NCBI GenBank assembly: GCA_036785375.1
Contig: JAWMAR010000748.1
Coordinates: 496,001-560,000 of the forward strand
Direction: 5' to 3'
Source of the DNA: Leucoraja ocellata
Lineage: Eukaryota
Length of the DNA stretch: 64,000 nucleotides
This document shows positions 61,440-64,000 of this stretch, in pieces; positions within the stretch are counted from its first letter, which is position 1, and each line of letters begins with the position of its first letter. The notes beneath the pieces were generated by a model that had not been told where the DNA came from, made no database searches, and saw only the letters and a list, made by a program, of their open reading frames with translations. The position numbers were made by a program, and so were the translations under genes.

Positions 61440-63780
61440 TCTAACCAAGTTTACCAATGACGTGAAAATAGGTGGAAGGGCTTACTATGGTGAGAATATT
61501 GTGATTCTGCACCGGATATGGATAGATTGAGTGGGTGAAAACTTAGTAAATGGAGTTTAATGTGTGAAAGCGCAAGGTGGTGCACTTCAGTCCAGGCCGT
61601 CCCTGGGTTAGGAACACTCAAAGTACAGATACCACTTACAAACAAGCTTCCATTATGTCAAATTCAAAACTCCGCTACACGGACATACATCTGTTGCTAT
61701 GAACGGCAGAACTAGCCTCACTCTCTCACTCCGCTTTTAGTAATTGTTCTTATCATTAAGCTGGAAAGAGAGAAGATTGGCAAGGATGCTGTCAAGGGAT
61801 TGAGTTATAGGGGGAGGTTAGTCAGGCTCAGACTTTATTCCTTGGGGTGCAGGAGGCTGAGTGATCTTTTAGAAGTGTATACAATCATGAGGGGAATAGA
61901 TAGGTTGAATGCACAGAGTCTTTTTCCCACAGTAGGGGAATCAAGAACCAGAGGGCATAGGTTTAAGGTGAGAGTTGCAACATTTAATAGGAATCTGAGG
62001 GGCAACTTTTCAACTCAGATGGTGGTGTATATGTGGAATGAGCAGCCAGAGTAGGTAGTGGAGGCAGGTATTATAACAACAATTAAAAGACACTTGGACA
62101 AGTACATTTGTTAGGACAAGGGTGAAGGGCTATGGGCCAAACACAGGAAATGAGACCAGCTTAGATGGGCCACTTGGTCGGATGGACAAATTAGGTTGTT
62201 TGACGTTATGGCTCTGTCTAAGACCCTCTCTTCTGTCCGTGCTTTTGATGCTATTCACTACATTACTGTGGAGGTACTGTATGGATACCACATCGACTGA
62301 TTTTGTGTGTTTTCCGACTTATGGAAATACCCGACTTAAGAACATCTGTAAAAGCAGAGCGTGCCGAGCTCTGGGTACAATCTGTAAGAGGAACTGAAAG
62401 GCAGATTATTATCGACACTTGCAATACAGTGCGCCAGAGATGCTTCCTGGCAGAGGAAGAGTGCGGGAGCGGTGTGCTTGTACATCTGTTCACACGTCCA
62501 GGAGGGGGGCCAGCTGTGACTGCCAACCCAACAGACAGCATGATGCCATATTCAGATCGCGTTGCCCCACACTATTGACTTGCCTGGGATAGCCAGCATG
62601 GTTATGTGTGTGACAGGTCGTGCCTCACTAACTTGAGAGAGTGACAAAGCAGATTGATGAAATGGATGTTGTATACATGGATTTTAGTCATACTTTAAGT
62701 AAGGACCCTCTTGGTAGGCTGATCCAGAAGATTAAGATGTATGGGATTCACAAAGATTTGGTTGTATGGATCCAGAACCGGCTTAGTCATAGAAGACAGA
62801 GTGTTGTGGTGGAACGTAAACGTTCTGGTTGGAGGTTTGTGACCAGTGGAGTTACGCAGGGATCTGTGCTGGGACCTCTGCTGTTTGCCATATATACAAA
62901 TGACCTAGGCATTGTACATGTAAATGGGTTTGTGAGTAAGTTTGGTGATAATGCCAACATTGAGGAGTTGCAGACAGTGATGAATGCTGTCAGAAGAAAC
63001 AGTGGGATATTGATCAGCTGCAAAACTAGGCAGAGAAATGACAATGGAGTTTAACCCAAGCAAGTGTGAGGTGTTGCACTTTGAGAAGTTGAATGTGTGT
63101 AGTTAATGGCATTGATGTGCAGAGAGGGATCTTGGAGTCCAGGTTCATAGCTCACTGAAGTTGCCAGCACTAGTAATTAGGGTGGATCAGAAGGCTTGCC
63201 TTCATTGCTAGGGCCATTGAATATAATGGTCAGGAAGTCACAATGCTGCTCTGAAGGACTTTGGTTAGGCCACGTTTGGGGAATTGCATGCAGTTCTGTC
63301 CACATTGTCCCATTACAGGAACGATGTGGAGACTTTGGAGAGGGTACAGAGGAGGTTTACCAGACCGCTGCCTGGATTAGAGGGTCTCAGCTACAGGGAG
63401 AGGTTGGATAGACTTGGATTAGAACATCAGAGCTTAATGGAAGTATATACAATTTTGAGCAGCATAGATAGGGTAGACAGTCAGAACCATTTCCCCAGGG
63501 TGGTAATGACCAACACTAGACGGCATAGCTATAAGGTGAAAGGGGGAAAGTTTGATGGAAATGTACGAAGCAGATTTTTTACACAGAGTGGTGGGGGCTT
63601 GGACCACATTGCCACGAGTGGTGGTGGAGGCAGATATGTTAATGGCATTTGAGAAGCTTTTAGATAGGCACATAGAGGTATAGGGAGTGGAGGGATATGG
63701 ATCATGTACAGGCAAATGAGATTAGTTTAGCTAGGCATCATGTTGGACACAAACATTGCAGGCATGTTCCCATTCTATGT
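61440..63780 (+). mobile_element. Cluster of degenerate CR1 fragments
   Basis: DVVYMDFS, SGVTQGSVLGPLLF, LERVQRRFTR motifs with frameshifts; non-CR1 spacer ~62200-62580. Confidence 0.75.
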
Positions 63781-64000
63781 TCTATTCCATGTTCTTCATT
63801 AAAAATAAAAATGAGCCAAAATCCTTGTTTCATTTGCACTGTGTGTTTATTTATTTATTTACCTGCCATTGTTACAGAGAAAGGTTGAACAGTTACAGAG
63901 AAAGGTTGAACAAGTTAGGGCTTTATTCTTTGGAGCGCAGAAGGTTAAGGGGGGACTTGATAGAGGTCTTTAAAATGATGAGAGGGATAGACAGAGTTGA

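Overview
Repeat-dense vertebrate DNA, most likely from a cartilaginous fish (skate or ray, inferred from HE1-type V-SINEs and HER1/CR1 LINEs). Two protein-coding genes lie on the + strand. The first is a complete 11-coding-exon X-family DNA polymerase (ATG 5693 to TGA 44021, 1590 nt CDS, 529 aa, all introns GT-AG and phase-consistent). It is best called POLM (Pol mu) but carries several TdT-like residues. The second is the 5' part of NUDCD3 (from 48720), with an apparent 1-nt frameshift in exon 1 and a 200-N gap where exon 2 probably lies. The rest is mostly nested transposons: CR1, L1, L2, Rex1/Babar, Tx1, Penelope-like elements, V-SINEs and Harbinger-, hAT- and P-like MITEs. The most striking signal is a ~140-nt retroposon present in four full-length copies with 12-13 bp TSDs and a (GAA)n tail. 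Its first 54 nt fold into a complete minimal HDV-like self-cleaving ribozyme, and the predicted cleavage site is exactly the element's 5' end. A second ribozyme class, a minimal hammerhead core, sits in the very abundant Penelope terminal repeat. Repeat boundaries are approximate unless TSDs are given. Comparisons to human or trypanosome sequences are from memory, not from a search.
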